A DNA stretch of 64,000 nt. Source: Octopus vulgaris. Its lineage: Eukaryota. Positions within the stretch are counted from its first letter, which is position 1. Each line of letters starts with the position of its first letter. Positions 62,559-64,000 of this stretch are shown in pieces. The notes below the pieces were generated by a model, which was not told the origin of the DNA, searched no databases, and saw only the letters and a list, made by a program, of their open reading frames with translations. The position numbers were made by a program, and so were the translations under genes. The DNA lies in contig OX597838.1 of NCBI GenBank assembly GCA_951406725.2, forward strand, positions 31,992,001 through 32,056,000, in the 5' to 3' direction.

Positions 62559-63209
62559 ATTTTTTGTTCTTTCAACTACAGTTTTTAATGTCCTTCATTT
62601 ATTTATAATGGTAGGCTGTGAGCTCAGTGAGATTTAGCTGCTATTTCTAGCAAGATGAGTGACCACCTAGATGTTCCCCTTCGGCCTTGTTGGTCTTGTT
62701 GTTGTTGTTAAGGTGTTGTGGGTAGTGGAATCAGTGAAGTGCTGAGTTGTGATATTTAGCTACGACCCATTATGTTCTGAGTTCAAATTCTGCTGCAGTC
62801 GTCTTTGATTTTAACCCTTTCAGGGTCCGTATAATTTGTGCAAGTCATATACAGGAGGGATGGGAGTAGTTACGCTATATACAATATTCTTCTTCCCATC
62901 ATAATATACATGGTAGCTGTTTAGCCCTAGGTCAGCCAATATGACCAAAGACATTCCATCCTTTCCCATCCTGTCTTTTCAGACAGTGTATCTCAGACAT
63001 TATCGGACATGTCCTTCCTTTTTAAAAGATAGTAGGGTTTGATTTGAGCCAGATTTGGCTGCTTTTTCTAGCATGTCTCACTACTGTATAGAGGTTTCCT
63101 TGTAGACTCATTGCTGTCATCATTTAAGATAGTCAACAATTGGTTTATAGCAGAATCAGTGGAGCACCAGACAAAGCACCTAGTGATATTTCATTACATT
63201 CTTTTAGAT

Positions 63210-63592
63210 TCCAAGGTGAACTTAGCCATTCATCAGGATACAGTCTGGATTGTTTTATCAGTCAATGATTATTTAAATTCATGGAGGACAGGTACAAATA
63301 AATTTTGGTTAATATAATTTGTGTAATTAATAGAAGAAATAAAATGAGCAAAGGGGAAATAACTGAACTGTGCCAATGCCACAAATATTAATAAATAATT
63401 AAAAGGATGATGTTCTGAATTTTGTGTTTAGAGAATATTCTCAATTAATTAGAATAGAATTAGGCAGCCTTTGATGGCGATGAGGTCTAATAGGCTGAAA
63501 CATGCCCATAGTTGTCCCCCTTGCCTGCAAACAAAGATCACATATTGACTATTTCCCACACATGTTAACCTTTAGATGGCAAACACCATCAT
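63210..63592. repeat. Right arm of a long-range inverted duplication
   Basis: See left arm; the flanking (gat)n and (atc)n tracts extend the pairing. Confidence 0.96.
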
Positions 63593-64000
63593 CATCATCA
63601 TCATCATCATCATCATTATCATCATCATCATTATCATCATCATATCGTCATCACATTATTATCATCATCATCATCATCCCATCATCATCATCACATCATC
63701 ATCATCATCATCATCATGCTGGTTTGGGATGATCTGATGGCCCACGGGAGAGTATCAAGCTCTGCTGTCTCATGGGGTCTCCAGCTGGAGGCCCTTCTCA
63801 ATACCCTTTCCAACTCCTTTCCAGAATGTTCTGGGCTTTCGGTTATTTTCTGTCACCCTGACTCAGCCAAGTCCAGGAATACAATTCAAAGTTTGTTTTT
63901 ATATTTGTTTTTATATTTGTTTGCTTTTGCTTTTGTTTTTGTTCAGTTTATTTTGTTTATTTTTTTTTATTTGTTTTTTTACTTGTTTTTGTTTGTTATT

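Overview
Repeat-dense, AT-rich animal genomic DNA. The SINE and microsatellite landscape looks like Octopus/coleoid cephalopod (inference; no database check). I can reconstruct one host gene on the + strand: an INPP5K/INPP5J (SKIP/PIPP)-type inositol polyphosphate 5-phosphatase. It has 9 phase-consistent GT-AG coding exons (5722-39704, 942 nt, 314 codons) covering the whole catalytic domain, and an N-terminus MGKVCSKK that looks myristoylated/palmitoylated. Its 3' end (SKICH domain, stop codon) could not be confidently found. Nearly all ORFs in the supplied track are microsatellite or SINE artefacts. The rest is three tRNA-derived SINE families, RTE- and R4/Dong-like LINE ends, Helitron, hAT, piggyBac and Tc1/mariner MITEs, Penelope-like fragments in (TA)n, and several fold-back palindromes. 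Best leads: (1) a 66-nt motif in 4 copies carrying all three hammerhead-ribozyme core strands in a non-circularly permuted (pseudoknotted) order with compensatory changes, one copy inside a 781-bp unit with a 68-bp terminal redundancy; (2) minimal type I hammerheads at 1771-1808 and 18310-18344; (3) a compact double pseudoknot in a LINE-5'-like fragment (21529-21581); (4) a ~380-bp near-identical inverted duplication 5 kb apart (57841-58221 / 63210-63592).
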